The notes: generated from the sequence alone by a model not told the origin. Positions 1-12,785 are shown, counted from the first letter of the stretch. The stretch is DNA of 64,000 nucleotides from Hemiscyllium ocellatum (GCF_020745735.1 NC_083409.1:23952048-24016047); one strand, 5' to 3'. Numbers and translations: made by a program.

Positions 1-180
1 CCACCGCAACCTCTCTTGGGGCTGCAAGAATTCAACCTCCCTCCCTCAGACAGCTCCCCTCCCTGGAAGGTAATATTGCTGCACCTTGTTTTGGGTTAAT
101 TAACCACTGAAATATGACTATGGGGAGCCAGCATTGGCTGGGCAGGCAGCCATGACTGCTCTGACCCTGGATCCAGTAAT

Positions 181-310
181 TCCTGAAGAAGGGTTTATGC
201 TCGAAACGTCTATTCTCCTGTTCCTCGGATGCTGCCTGACCTGCTGCGCTTTTCCTGCAACACATTTTCAGCTCTGATCTCCAGCATCTGCAGTCCTCAC
301 TTTCTCCTCC
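181..310 (+). mobile_element. Penelope-like element terminal repeat with hammerhead ribozyme core
   Basis: CTGAAGA 183-189, stem GGGT-TTAT-GCTC, GAAAC-GTC 203-210; matches the 3' end of the Penelope element at 23783-23914. Confidence 0.8.
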
Positions 311-693
311 AGAAAATCCCCTCGGACTTCGGCAACACATATGAGAGCACAGTGCCCACTGCCTCTGAAATCCCTCCCTTACTGAGAATACACTCTCAGA
401 ATTCACTTTTTTCAGCTGCTATCTGAATTTGCTATAAATTCTGTGCCCAATGATCCTGCCCCTCCAGCTACCTAATGAAGGGGCAGCACTCTGAATGCTT
501 TTACTTCCAAATAAACCTGCTGACTATAACCTGATGTTGTATGTTTTTTTAACTTTGGCTATCTGAATGAGCTGCCTCTCAGTCTGAATCAGATTAACCT
601 TTTTTCATTCATGATTTGAGAAGATTAAAGCCTGATCTTCAATCCCCAGCACAAAGCCCATTCTCAATCCATCGCTTGGAGACACAGACCTCA

Positions 694-919
694 GAGAGAC
701 ACCTACAGGCAGCACAGAGTAACACACTCACACTGAGAGAGACACCTACAGGCAGCACAGAGTAACACACGCACTCTGAGAGACAGGCTGCACTGAGTCA
801 CATGCTCACACTCCATGCTGCCTGAAGGTGTCTCCGAATGTGGGTGCGTTACTGAGCGCTGCCTGTGAGTGTGTCTCTGAGTAACATGCCCACGCCCAGA
901 GAGACACCTACAGGCAGCA
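694..919. repeat. Array of direct and inverted copies of a ~21-43 bp unit 3' of the C exon
   Basis: GAGAGACACCTACAGGCAGCA at 694, 737 (period 43) and 899; inverted copies at ~816-834 and ~848-880. Confidence 0.85.
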
Positions 920-1314
920 TTAAGTTGAACAATCACACCAAGAGAGACAGAGCCGGCAATGTCTGTGAATGGCTGATGATTGTTTCATCGGCTGTCTGAC
1001 ATACAGCAGAGATTGCACAGTTCGATCCCATCAGCTGGGCCGGGACCAACCGAGTGAAGAGGGAATGCATCAGATTGTACTTATTGAGTCCCAACAACTT
1101 TCAGTTTCTGTTCTTTTTGGAATCTTGTAACCTACACAAATCCCTGATCAAAGGGATCATTTGAAAACGATTGATGATTGAAATTGATTGACAGGCCAAG
1201 TAACCAATTGTGACAAGGATCTGCTGAAATACAGCCAATCAACTGAGGGGTTTGGGGGTGGGGTAGAGGTCTGTTATTTCCAAAGCAGACAGAGACAGAG
1301 ACTGAATCTTCACC

Positions 1315-1320
1315 TTTATT
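1315..1320 (-). terminator. Probable polyadenylation signal of the Ig kappa transcript
   Basis: AATAAA on the minus strand ~490 nt after the stop, followed by a GT-rich tract (GTCTCTGTCTCTGTCTG). Confidence 0.7.
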
Positions 1321-1808
1321 CCCTTTTCCACATTCACATTGACAGAAAAGAAACAACTGCAATTAACAGCCCAGACAGAGGAAGCTGTTGAAATTCACAG
1401 CCACAATGGAGCTTGAGGAAAACATTTGGAGAGATTTTCTCAATAACACGAGAATCCTGTCCCTTCAAACAGTGACAAAACCTTAAATTGGAACTGGTGG
1501 CTGAGCAGGAAGGAGATCTGGTTTACTGAAGCAGAGACTTCTGAGGTTCACATTGTTTTTTGCAGCTAACATCACAAGGCAATCCTGTCCCCATCAAACA
1601 CTTCCAGGACAGTATGAGTTTTGACATGGTGTAAAGTTCTCTCACCACTATCCCAATGACATGCTTTAACATCCAAACCTCAGATGTTTCTCTGAGCAAT
1701 CCTCAGAAGGAAGGAAGAGAAATTCAGTGCTGACAATGACCTTTGTCCTGCCAGCTCAGCCCTGTCCTATTTAAAGTTGTGTCTCCTCTGTGGACTGTCT
1801 CCAACACT

Positions 1809-2137
1809 CTACACACATTCTGATCTCCTGATGCTCTTGCTGAGGGGAGAGGGGAGGGTCACGTGGGTGAGGGCACAGGAGAAGCGAGCGTTGGACTCCC
1901 AGTCAGACCCAGAGAGGGTCAGCAGGCTGCTGACACTGTAGGTGCTGTCCGAAGCTCGCAGGTAGTTGCTGGTCTGAACCCCGTCTGAAATGACTGCACC
2001 ATCCTTCTTCCACTGCACCTCCAGCTCATCGGGATAGAAGTGATTGGCAAGGCACACCAGGGTGGCAGTGCCCTTGGCATTGACCTGCTCCAGGGAGGGG
2101 GGCAGCAGTGTCAGCTTGGGCTGTGAGTTGTCATGGC
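1809..2137 (-). CDS. IGKC: Ig kappa constant-region exon
   Basis: Acceptor TTTCTCTTGTCTTTCAG|GC; (S)HDNSQPKLTLLPPSLEQVNAKGTATLVCLANHFYPDELEVQWKKDG...YSVSSLLTLSGSDWESNARFSCALTHVTLPSPLSKSIRRSECV*; C1-set Cys/Trp/Cys and penultimate interchain Cys; closely resembles shark NS4 C region as recalled. Confidence 0.97.
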
Positions 2138-3279
2138 CTGAAAGACAAGAGAAACAATTTTAATTCCTACCACTGAAAGGGAATTCAAACTTCCCAATAT
2201 TCACTGGCCATTCAATCTTTTTGAACATTTGTAGTCAATACAGAATAAACCCCATAAAAGGACAGGGCCTTTTAAAATTGTTTCTTGGGATGTGAGTGTC
2301 ACTGGCAGGGCCAGCACTTATTACCCATCCCTAGTTGCCCCTGAGAAGGTGATGGTGAATCAGCAGAGAGAGAAGGGACAGTTTTGGATCATTGTTTATA
2401 GAATAAATGTGGGCAGCTGGAAAGGCTATCAATGGGGGAGCATTTCAGTGACAGTGATCAGAACACAGTGAGCCTGAGAGTAGGGATGGAAATAAAGAAG
2501 CATGGAGCAAGTGTAGAAGTTTTCATTTTACTAAACTGTGTGGTGCTTTGGTAAAAGTGGACTGGAAGCAGTGACATGATGGGAAATCAGTGTCAGGGCA
2601 GTGGGAGCCCTCGAAGGATGAGCCAGAGATCGTTCAGAATCTGCTCCCACAATGAGTAAGGGTGGGACTTCCAGGTCTAGACTGAATGAACAAGAGGATT
2701 GGGGGTCATGTACTGACATGGATTGGGAACTGGTTGGCAGACAGGACAGAAGGAGTGAATCTTTTTCTGAATGACAGGTAGTTACAACTTCGTGTACCAC
2801 ACGTGTCAGTCCTTGGTACTCAGTTATTCATAATATAATACAATCGAGTCATAGAGTCAGAGAGACCCAAAGGCCGATTGTGTCCATACTGGTCAAAAAA
2901 CCACAACTCAATAATTCTCATCCATTTTACCAGCATGGTGGAATTAGATGCAGTATGTGTTCAATCAAGAATTAGATATAGTTCTTTGGATTAAAGGGAT
3001 CAAAGAATGTGGGGAGAAAGCAGGAACAGGGGATTGTGTTGGATGATCAGCCATGATCATATTGAATGGTGGAACATGCTGGACCGGCCGAATGGCCTAC
3101 TGCTGCTCCTGTGTTTGATGTTTCTATCTGTTTCTCAGATAATGAAGGAATGTCTCTCATCAGTTTGAAGCTGGAAGTCAAATGTGTGTGGAGGTGGAAG
3201 ATGTGGCCACGGTGATTACTGAATACAGGTCAGTGAGGTGGTAAGAAGACACATGGGATAAACTGTTCTTCATTTTCCC

Positions 3280-3608
3280 TTGATGGAATGAGGGCATTGC
3301 TGGATCAGCAGCATTTATTGCCCATCCCTAATCACCCAGAGGGCAGTTTAGAGTCAACCACATTGCTGTGGGCATGGAGTCACATGGTAAGGATGGCAGT
3401 TTCTTTACTGAAAGCTCATTAGGGAACAGATGGCTTTTTTCCTGACAATCAACAATGGTTTCATGGTCGTCATTAGACTCTAAATTGCAGATTTTTAAAA
3501 TTGAATTTGAATGCCACCATCTGCTGGATTCTAACCCTGGTCCCAAGAACATTACCTGGATCTCTGGATTAACAGCTCAGCAATAACACCATTAGACCAT
3601 CACCTCCC
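3280..3608 (-). mobile_element. tRNA-derived SINE
   Basis: Minus-strand tRNA-like head (GGGAGGTGATGGTCTAATGGTGTTATTGCTGAGCTGTTAATCC...) with a tail resembling the LINE 3' end at ~19200-19340. Confidence 0.65.
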
Positions 3609-3629
3609 TTATCTCATTTTTGGTTGACT

Positions 3630-5275
3630 GTGAAAGCAAAGAGTTTGTTTATTCTGGAACTGTATAAAACCCCAGTTAGAGCACAGTGAGAGAACTGTGT
3701 ACGGTTCTGGTCACCACATTACAGAAAGGATGCGATTCCATTAGAGACGGGGACAGAGGAGGAGTTTGTCTGGAATGGGGACTTTGAGCTTTGCGGAATG
3801 ATTGGTTTGGCTGGGAGTGTTTTCTTTGGAACAGAGGAGGCTGAGGGAAGATTTGATGGTGGCGTGTAAAATGATGAGGGGCGTGGACAGAGTGGGTAGG
3901 AAGGACTGATTTCCACCAGCACAGAGGGCAATAACCATGGGGAGAGATTGAAATCAGTTGGGGGCAGGATTAGAGGGGAGTTGAGGGTATTTGTTTTCAC
4001 CCAGAGGCTGGTGGGATGTGGGACTCACTGTCTGAAAGAATGGGAGAGGCAGAAACACTCATCACATTGAAAAAACACTTGGATATTCATTTGAAACAGT
4101 GAACCCTCTAAAGCTATGGAGCAAGAGCTGGAAAGTAGGATGGAGCTCGATAGCTCTTTAACAAATCTCCGATCACCCACAGATCAGGAGAACTTTGTCC
4201 AAGAACGTTGGAGCAGACTCGGATCCACACACTTTGGGAAAGAGTCACATTGGGGTGTCTGTGTAGAAGGTTCTAGATTACAATTCAAACCTTGCTGCAC
4301 ACTGCTGGGCTGAGGGTCAAGGGTTCGGCTGCAAAGAGTCTCAATGTCCTGGGGTCAGACAGGGTCACTGCTCCTCATGACCCCATGACTCCTGGAGGGT
4401 GAGAGTGCGCAGGCAATGGATGAGGACCCGGATCAGGAGACTCCAACCTTAAAGAAAGACTTGCATTTGTGTAGCACCTGTCCCCAACTCAGGATGTCCC
4501 ACTGGATCTTTCCAGCAGGCTGTGCACAGAGAGATTCCAAACACAGTATGACAATTAGCAGCGAAATAGATTTTTAGTGATTTTGCCTGGGGGATAAATA
4601 TTGATCAGGGACAACAGGGGGAACTGCCTGCTCTTCAACCAATCGTGCCATGGAATGGCACCTTTCACAACTGAAAGACTCTCAGTTCATCCAAAAAACG
4701 AAGAAAAGTTCCCTGAAAGTGGAGTTGCAGGTAGGTAGCGGGATGACGAAGTCATTTGGTTTGCTTTCCTTTATTGGTCAGTGCATTGAGTATTGGAGTT
4801 GGGAGCTGTTGCAGCTGTACATGACATCGGTTCGGCCATTTTTGGAATTCTGTCTGTAATTCTGGTCTCCCTGCTGTATGAAAAATGTTGTGAATCTTAA
4901 AATGGTTCAGAAAAGGTTTACAATGATGTTGCCAAGGTTGGAGGGTTTGCGCAAAAGGGAGAGACTGAATTAGGCTGAGGCTGTTTTCCCTGGATCATTG
5001 CAGGTTGATGGGTGACCGTATAGAGGTTTATAAAATCATGAGCGGGATAGATAGGGTGAATAGAGAAGATCTTTTCTCCAAAGTGGGGGAACTGGAGGGC
5101 ATAGTCTGAAGGTGACAGGGGAAAGATTTAAAAGGGACCTAAGGGACAACGTTTTCATTCAGAGGGCGTTAAATGTATGAAATGAGCTGCCAGAAGAAAT
5201 GTTGAAGGCTGGTACAATTACAACATTTAAAAGGCATGGATATGTGAATAGGAAGATGTTAGAGGGATATGGGCA
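3630..5275 (+). mobile_element. CR1 3' fragments with an intervening ancient SINE-like piece (~4450-4700)
   Basis: RT C-terminal motifs (SVRPFLEFC) and CR1 3' UTR-like sequence; SINE assignment from recalled resemblance only. Confidence 0.65.
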
Positions 5276-5467
5276 TCAATCCAGCCCTTAACATTTCAGG
5301 CTCTTCCAAATACATTTACAGGCAGCTTTGTTTGACAAGCTACACTGTCGCAATGTCAGGAACGTGGCAGCCAGTTTCTACAGCAAGATCCAAGTAGAAG
5401 CACTGAGATCAAAGAGCAATAATGAAGTTGGATTAATGATAAATATTGCCCTGATTAGATTCCCTCT

Positions 5468-5770
5468 AGTGTAGAAACAGGCAGTTCAGCCTGACAAGTC
5501 CACACCAACCCTCCGAACAGCAGCCCACCCAGGAACATTCCATACAGCTACTCCTGAGCTATTTCACCTAACACTGTAGGCAATTTATAACAGCCAATTC
5601 GCCTAGTCTGCACATCTTTGAACAGTGGGAGTAAACTAGAGCAACTGGGGGAAACCCAGGGACACAGAGAGAATGTGAAAACACTACACTAACAGTTTCC
5701 CAAGGACAGGAATTGAAGCCAGGTCCTTGATGCTGTGAGGTAGCAGTGCTAACCACTGAGCCACCGTGCC
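5468..5770 (-). mobile_element. HE1-like V-SINE
   Basis: tRNA-like head GGCACGGTGGCTCAGTGGTTAGCAC plus V-domain; homologous to 52562-52874. Confidence 0.85.
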
Positions 5771-5789
5771 TGAAGGTAACCCAAAGCGA

Positions 5790-8700
5790 AAGTAATTTGG
5801 TTCAGTTGGATGGAAAATGAGAAAACGGAAGGTGAAGAAGAAGGTAGGATTGTGGTTAGTGATGGGATTGATTGTTACCAGAAAATAAAAGGTGGGGACG
5901 GAAATTTCAAAATCAAAGGAACCAAAGAAGTGCCTGGAAAATCAATAATAGAATAAACTTAAAGAGTTTGTAACGAAATGCACGAAGCATTCCGAGTAAG
6001 GTAGACAAAGCGATGCCACAGATCCAGGTAAATTAAGTTTCCAAGGAATTTAAACTAGCTAAAGTGGAGGAGGGCTCAGGGGAGATTATTGAAGTTTCTC
6101 GAAGATGTAAAAGGACAGAGAGGGTGGAAAGGATCGGGTATCGAACGTAAAGCACAGCAGATAAGAGAACAATGATGAGAAGGAGGGCAGTCAATGCAGG
6201 ACTGAGGGTGTTGTACTTTAATGCACACAGTGTACACAATGAGCTTGTAGTGCAGATTGAAACTGGCAGGAACGATGTTATGGGTATCACAGAGACATGG
6301 CTGTAAGGGAATTCGGGCTGGGAACTAAATATCCAAGGATACATGTCCCATCAAAAGGACGGGCAGATGGGCAGAGGGGGAGGAGTTGCCTTGTTATGTG
6401 AGAAATGAAATTAAATCAATAGCAAGAAGTGATGTGGAGTAAGAAGGTGTAGAATCTGGGTGGGTAGAGTTGAGGAACTGCAAGAAATAAAGAATCTGAT
6501 GCAAGTTATGTCCAGGTCTCCAAGCAGTAATCAGAGTGTGGGGAAGGAAATCAATCAGGAGACAGAGAAGCCTGACACAAAATGTCAGGGCAGACCTCAA
6601 TGAATAGGTGGACTGGGTAGTGCGTCTCAAGGAAAGGATTTCATGGAATTCAAGGAGATGTTTTTTTGGAGCAGCTTGTGGTTGAGCCATGATGGAACAG
6701 GCAGGTCTAGATTCAGTGATGTCTAATGAGGCAAACTTGACTAGTGAGTTTAAGGTGAAAGTATTCCTGTGGATAAATGACCATAATATGATCGAATTCC
6801 CCCTATAGTTTGAGAAGGAGAAACTGCAATCAGATGGAACAGTATTTCAGTTGAGTAAAGGTAACTGCAAAGACATGAGGAAGGAGCTGGCCAGAGTTGG
6901 TTGTAAGGGGAGCCGAACAGGTAAGATGGTGGGGCAGCAAACAGCAGAGTTTCTGGGGGTAATTCAGGAAGCAGAGCAGGAACTCATCCCAAAAAAGAAG
7001 AAACATACCAAGGGGAGAACAAGGCAACCATGGCTGATGGGGAAGGTCAAGGACAGCATAAAAGCAAAAGAAAAGGCAGACAATATGGTGGAGAATAGTG
7101 GGAAGCCAGAAGGTGAGGAAGTCTTGAAAAACCTGCAGAAGACAATGATAGAAGCATTAAGGATGGGGAAGGTGAAATGTGGGGGTAAGCGCACCAGTAA
7201 TACAAAAGAAGATCGTCAGTTTTATCAGATATATGAAAAGGAAGAGGGAGGCAAAAATAGACATTGGATCACTGGAAAATGAGGTTGGAGAAAGAATAAT
7301 AGAAATAACAAAGGAATTGAATAGATACTTTGCATCAGTCTGCACCATGGAAAACACCAGCAGTGTACCAGTAATTCAAGACTATCGGGGGCAGAGGGGA
7401 GTGTAGTGGCCATCACTAAGGAGGAGGTACTGGGGAAGCTGGAAGGTCTGAATGTGGATAACTCACCCAGACTGGATAAACTTCATCACTGTGTTCTGAA
7501 GGAGATCGCTGAGGAGATTGTGGAGGCATTGGTGATGATCCTTCAGGAATCAATGGAGTCGGGGTGTGACGGTGGAGAGGGATTTGGTGGGGGCAAGGAA
7601 ATAGAAAATGGCTCCAGTAACAGCCCTGTTTCAGAAGGGAGGGAGTTGGAAGATGGGAAATTATCGGCCAGTTAGCCTGGACTGTTGTTGGTAAGGTTTT
7701 AGACTTCAATTTAAGGATGAAATTGCAGAAGACTTGGAAGTGCAATGGTAAACTAGGGCTGAGTCAACACGGCTTCATCAAGGGGAGGTCATGCCTGGCA
7801 AATCTGTTAGAATTCTTTGAGCAGGCAATGAGCCAGTCAGAAAAAGGAGTGTCTGAGGAAGTAATCTATTTGGATTTTCCAGAAGGCCTTTGACATAAAT
7901 TAAGTGCCCATAGTGTTAGGGGCAATGTACTGGCATGGACTGAGGACGGACAGGTTGGCATAAAGCCGAGAATGATGAAAGATGGCTGCTGGTGACTAGT
8001 AGATTGCTGCAGGTGTCAATGTTGGGACCATAACTATTCACGTTATACATGAACAATCTGGATGAAGGAAGTGAAGACATTGTTGCTAAGTTTGCAGGTG
8101 ACATGGGGTAGGTGGAGGGACAGGTAGTGTTGACGAAGTGGGAAGGCTGTAAAAGCTCCTGGATAGGTTCGGAGAGTGGGCAAAGAAGTGGCAGATAGAA
8201 TACAATGTGTGACAGTGTGAGGGTATGTACTTTGGTAAGAAGAAGAAATATAAAGACTGTTTGCTAAATGAGGAAAGCCTCTGGAAATCTAAAGCACAAA
8301 CCTCATTCAGGTTTCCCTTCAGGTGAACAGGCAGGTCCAGTTTGTGCTTGAGAAGGCAAATGAAATGTTCGCATTCATTTCAATAGGGCCAGAATACAAG
8401 AGCAGAGATGTACTGCTGAGGCTGTGTAAGGCTCTGGTCAGACTGCATTTGGAATGTTGTGAACAGATTTGGGTCCCAAATTCTAAGAAACAATGTGCTG
8501 TCATTGGAACAGTTTACAAGAATGATCCTGGGGATGAAAGGCTTGTCATATGAGGCGTGTTTGAGGACTCTGGGTCTGTACTCGATGGAGTTTAGAAGGA
8601 TGAGGAGGGTTCTTATTGAAATTTACAGAATACTGATCAGCCTGGATAGAGTGGATGCAGAGAAGATTTTTCCAATAAGAGGAGAGACTCGATAACCAAG

Positions 8701-8995
8701 GCACAGCCTCAGAATGAAGGGCCGACCATTTGGAGTTGAGATGAGGAGGAATTTCTTCAGCCAGAGGGTGGCGAATCTGTGGAAGACGTTGTTACAGAGG
8801 GCAGTGGAGGCCAAGTCACTGAGTGTATTTAAGACAGAGATAGATAGGTTTGTGATTATTAAGGGGATCAAAGGTTCCTGTGGAGTAGGCAGGAGAATGG
8901 GGGTGAGAAGCATATTTGCCAAGATCAAATGGCAGAGCAGATTCAATGGGCGGAATGGCTGATTTCTGCTCCTATTTCTTAAAGTCTTCTGGAGA
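5790..8995 (+). mobile_element. Degenerate CR1-type LINE (ORF1 end plus most of ORF2) in the J-C intron
   Basis: Endonuclease and RT fragments in several frames (ORFs 6851, 7179, 7406, 8323, 8459, 8714) homologous to 28419-31223. Confidence 0.88.
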
Positions 8996-9119
8996 GTTTC
9001 CCCAAAACCCTGGAACACTGAATCCACTGGACTGTGAGCCCTGCTAGAGCTGTTTGTCATCAGAACTTTGCCAAGAGATAACCAAAGAGTGAAGAGAGTG
9101 TGCTTCCATGTGGGAATTT

Positions 9120-10020
9120 TAGGATACTTTGCAGTTCCTGGAATGCCATGATTACAGGAAGTGTGGTCAGTGACAGCAGTTGGAGCTCCGGGTTTCGGAG
9201 CTTGAGCAGCAGCTGGTGTCAGTGTGGAGCGTCCGTGAGGCTGAGAGCTCCGTGGAGAGCACGTTTCTAGATGTGGTCATCTGCAGCTTCAGAGTATGCA
9301 GGGAGAGAGGGAATGGGGGAGCAGCAGACAGTCCAAAAGAATCAGGCAGCTAGTACAGAAATCCCCTGAGTGCATCCCACTCTCCAACCAGGATTCAGTT
9401 CAGAATCCTAATGAGAATGATGGTTAATCTGGGGAGTGCAGCCAGAGCTAAGTCCCTGGCAGCATGTGTGGGTCAGCTGTGGGGGGGGGGGGGGGGCACA
9501 AGAAGACTGGAAGAGTGAGAGGAGAGGAGATTCGAGAGTGAGGGCAATCGATAGGTGTTTCTGCAGCTGCAGATGGGAATCCAGGATGGTGTGTTGTCTC
9601 CCTGGTGCCAGGATCAAGGATGTCACTGAGTGGCTGCAGAGCACATTGAGGGGAGGGGGGAACAGGCAGCAGTCATGGTCCACATCGGTCCCACTGACAG
9701 TGGGAGGAAAGGGATGTGATCCTCCAGTCAGAATTTAGGGAGCTTGGGAGGAAATTAGGAGTAGGAGCTAAAAGGTAGGAATCTTCAGATTACTCCCATT
9801 ACCCCATGCAAGTGAGAAGACGAACAGGAGGGGAACACAGGTGACTGTGGAGCTGGAGACAGGGTCCAGGAGGGAGGGCTTTACATTCTTGGGACATTGG
9901 GAGTAAGTCTGGGGGAGATGGCACCTGGACAGACCAGACAGTGTTGCTCCTGAATAGAGCTGGGACTGAGTTCCTTTGGGGTGATTTACTAGTGCTGTTG
10001 AAGAGGATTTAAACTAACTT
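9120..10020 (+). mobile_element. CR1 ORF1 (SGNH/esterase-like) fragment
   Basis: DSRVRAIDRCFC...RMVCCLPGARIKDVTEWLQ...VMVHIG pattern; homologous stretch at ~35950-36430. Confidence 0.7.
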
Positions 10021-10294
10021 GGCAGGGCTGTGGGAGCCAGGGGGAATATCAGAGAGGGACATCAAGGTCCACAGAATTCTCAGTGCAGTCAATAAGTCAC
10101 CACCCAGTGGGAAGGATGTGGAAGAATACAAATGCCAGGAATTTACAGAAACCTGCAAATATGATAAAATGGTTATAAATGCGGGGAAGGGATCTTTAAT
10201 TTCTGTATATAAACTGGGATGGTAGCAATGTAACGGGCAGAGAGGGGCCAGAGCTGTGAGACTGTGTTCAGGTGAATTTTCAGGTGGCATCGTG

Positions 10295-12335
10295 GCCAGT
10301 GAAAAAGGCTGTCTAAGAGTACAATGGGATCTTGACCAACTGGGCCAGTGGGCTGAGGAATGGCAGATGGAGTTTAATTCAGATAAATGTGAGTGCTGTA
10401 TTTTGGTAAGACACAGGAGATGGGTGAGATCCTAAACAAATATTTCAGGTCAGTATTTATTGTGGAGAAGGACATGAATGCGACGGAATTTGGAAAAAAT
10501 AGTGATGCTTTCAACAAGTCCACAATACAAATGAGGAGATGCAAAAGGTCTTAAAACATATAAAGGTAGATAAATCCCTAGGACCTGATCAGGTATATCC
10601 CAGAACATTGTGGGAAACGAGGGAAGAGATTGCTGGGCCCCTTGCTGAGATATGTTTATGATCGACAGCTACAGGTAAGATGTTGGAGAACCAGAGAGGT
10701 TGGCTAATGTTGTACCATTATTTCAGAATGGCTGTAAGGGAAAAAACAGGGAACTATAGACCAGTGAGCATGATGTCAGTGCTGGGTAAGATGTTGGAGT
10801 GGATTCTGAGGGACAGGATTTCCATCCATTTGGATAATCAATGTGGTTTTGTGCGTGGCAAATTGTGTCTCCCTGATTTAATTGAGGAGGTGACAAAGAA
10901 GATTGATGAAAGCAGAACAGTAGACACTGTCTGTATGGACTTCAGTAAAGTATTTGATAAAGTTCCACATGATAGAATGGTTAGTAAGGTTAGACCACAT
11001 GGGATCCAGGGGGAGCCAGCCATTTGGGTAAAAAAAATTAGCTTGAAGATAGGAGAGAGGGTGTGGCGGTAAAGGGTTGATTTTCAGATCGGAGATCTGT
11101 GAATAGCTGTGTGCCGCAAGGAGTGGTGCTGGGTCCGCTGCTTTTGGTCATTTAAATAAATGATTTCACTGTGAATATAGGAGTTAACATAAGTTTGCAA
11201 ATGACATCAAAATTGGTGGGACGGTGGATAGTGAAGAACACTATCTCAGGGTACAGTGGGACCTTGATCAAATGGGGCAATGGGCAGAGGAGTGGAAAAT
11301 GGTGTTCAGTTTACATAAATGTGAGATGTTGCACCTTGGAAAGGCAAACCAGGGCAGGAGTTATACAGTTAATTGTAGGGCCTTGTGGAGTGTTGCTGGA
11401 CAAAGAGGGTGAGGGGTGAGGGGTGAGGGTGAGGGGTGAGGGGTGAGGGTGAGGGGTGAGGGGTGAGGGGTGAGGGGTGGGGGTGAGGGAAATGTACATT
11501 ATTTCTTAAAACTGGATCACAGGGCGATAAAGAAGGTTTTGGGAACGTTTGCCTTTATTGGTCACTGTATTGAGTATCGATGTTAGGACATCATGTTGCA
11601 GCTGTACAGGAGATTGGTGAGGCCACTTTGGGAATAATGTGAAGAATTCTGATCATTCTGTGATTGGAAGGATGTTGTTAAACTTTTAAAGGGTGCACAA
11701 AACGATTTACAAAGATTTTGCTAGGAATTGGAGGGTTTGAACGATAGGGAGAGGATGAATCGGAACATCGGAGGCTGAGAAATTTATAAAATCATGAGGG
11801 ACACAGATAATGTGACTAATTCAGGAAGCATGTGAATGTTTTGGATAGATGACAAATTATATTCCCAAAGGTCATTCCAGGGAATGAGGAACATCAGTTA
11901 TGAAGATCTACTGGAGAATTTGGGACCGTCTTCTTTGGAGAAGGCTGGAAGGAGATTTATTTGAGGAATTCAAAATCAGAAGGGGCCTGAACAGAATAAA
12001 TAGGGAGAAAATGTTCCCAATTGAGAAAGGATTGAGACCGAGAGAACACAGATTGAAAGTAATTGGGAAAAGTAACAAAAATGAGATGAGGAAAATCATT
12101 TTCAGCCAGTGAGTGGTTAAGGTGTGGAATGCGCTGCCTGAGAGTGTGGTGGAGGCAGCTTCAATTGAAACATTCTGAAGGGAATGAGACTGTTATTTGA
12201 AAAGGAACAATGTGCAGGGTGACAGGGAGAAGGCAGGAGAATGACACTCAGTGAATTGCTCATTCAGAGAGCCAGTACAGACAGGATGGGTGGAATGGCC
12301 TCCTTGTGCACTGTAACAATTCTGTGATTGTGTGA
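10295..12335 (+). mobile_element. Fragmented CR1 RT and 3' pieces in the J-C intron
   Basis: NYRPVS, CMDFSKVFDKVPH and 3'-end motifs (ORFs 10680, 11224, 11900). Confidence 0.85.
11405..11490 (+). repeat. G-rich tandem repeat (GAGGGT/GAGGGGT)n
   Basis: 13 units with a 6+7+7 higher-order pattern, inserted in a CR1 fragment. Confidence 0.95.
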
Positions 12336-12384
12336 TTGAGCAGAGTTAAAGCTGGGGGAGGTGGGAGCTCGGTGTCTCACTGTG

Positions 12385-12411
12385 CTGCTGCTGCTGCTGC
12401 TGCTGCTGCTG
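12385..12411 (+). repeat. (CTG)9 microsatellite ~375 bp 3' of J
   Basis: Nine perfect CTG units. Confidence 0.97.
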
Positions 12412-12785
12412 AGGTCAGTGAGATCAGAGACTGGGACAGGGAGCCAGAGCTCACATCAAACTCTGCCTGTGTCTGTCACACTGAGACTGGCAGGAGGCTA
12501 CTCACTGATTTCACTCCATGCTGCAGGAATGGGACCACAGGCTGCAAATGGACAGAGCTCCTCCACACGGTGAGTAAAACTTACTGACTTATATCTTGCA
12601 TTTTTTAAAGAGGGCATGAAAGTAAAGAAATACAGCTGGACACCCTGTTAGACACAGTGCTCCTCAATCAACCATTTCATTCACTGCAGCTCCCCACTAA
12701 CACCTTCAACAATTCAGCAACTGTATTTTAGAAAGTGTGTTTCAGTATTGACAGGGTTAATAACAGAGGATTGAGGTTTACTTAC

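Noticed and set aside
2664-2673. kappa-B-like site near the C exon
   Set aside because: GGGACTTCCA does not match the 10-bp consensus, is isolated and abuts a LINE fragment.
12378-12384. Heptamer downstream of J (possible deleting element)
   Set aside because: No nonamer at 12 or 23 bp.
12361-12573. ORF with signal-peptide-like poly-Leu (GARCLTVLLLLLLLLL) and a GTGAGT donor
   Set aside because: No in-frame ATG (GTG start, upstream TGA); the Leu run is just the (CTG)9 repeat; antisense to the Ig gene.
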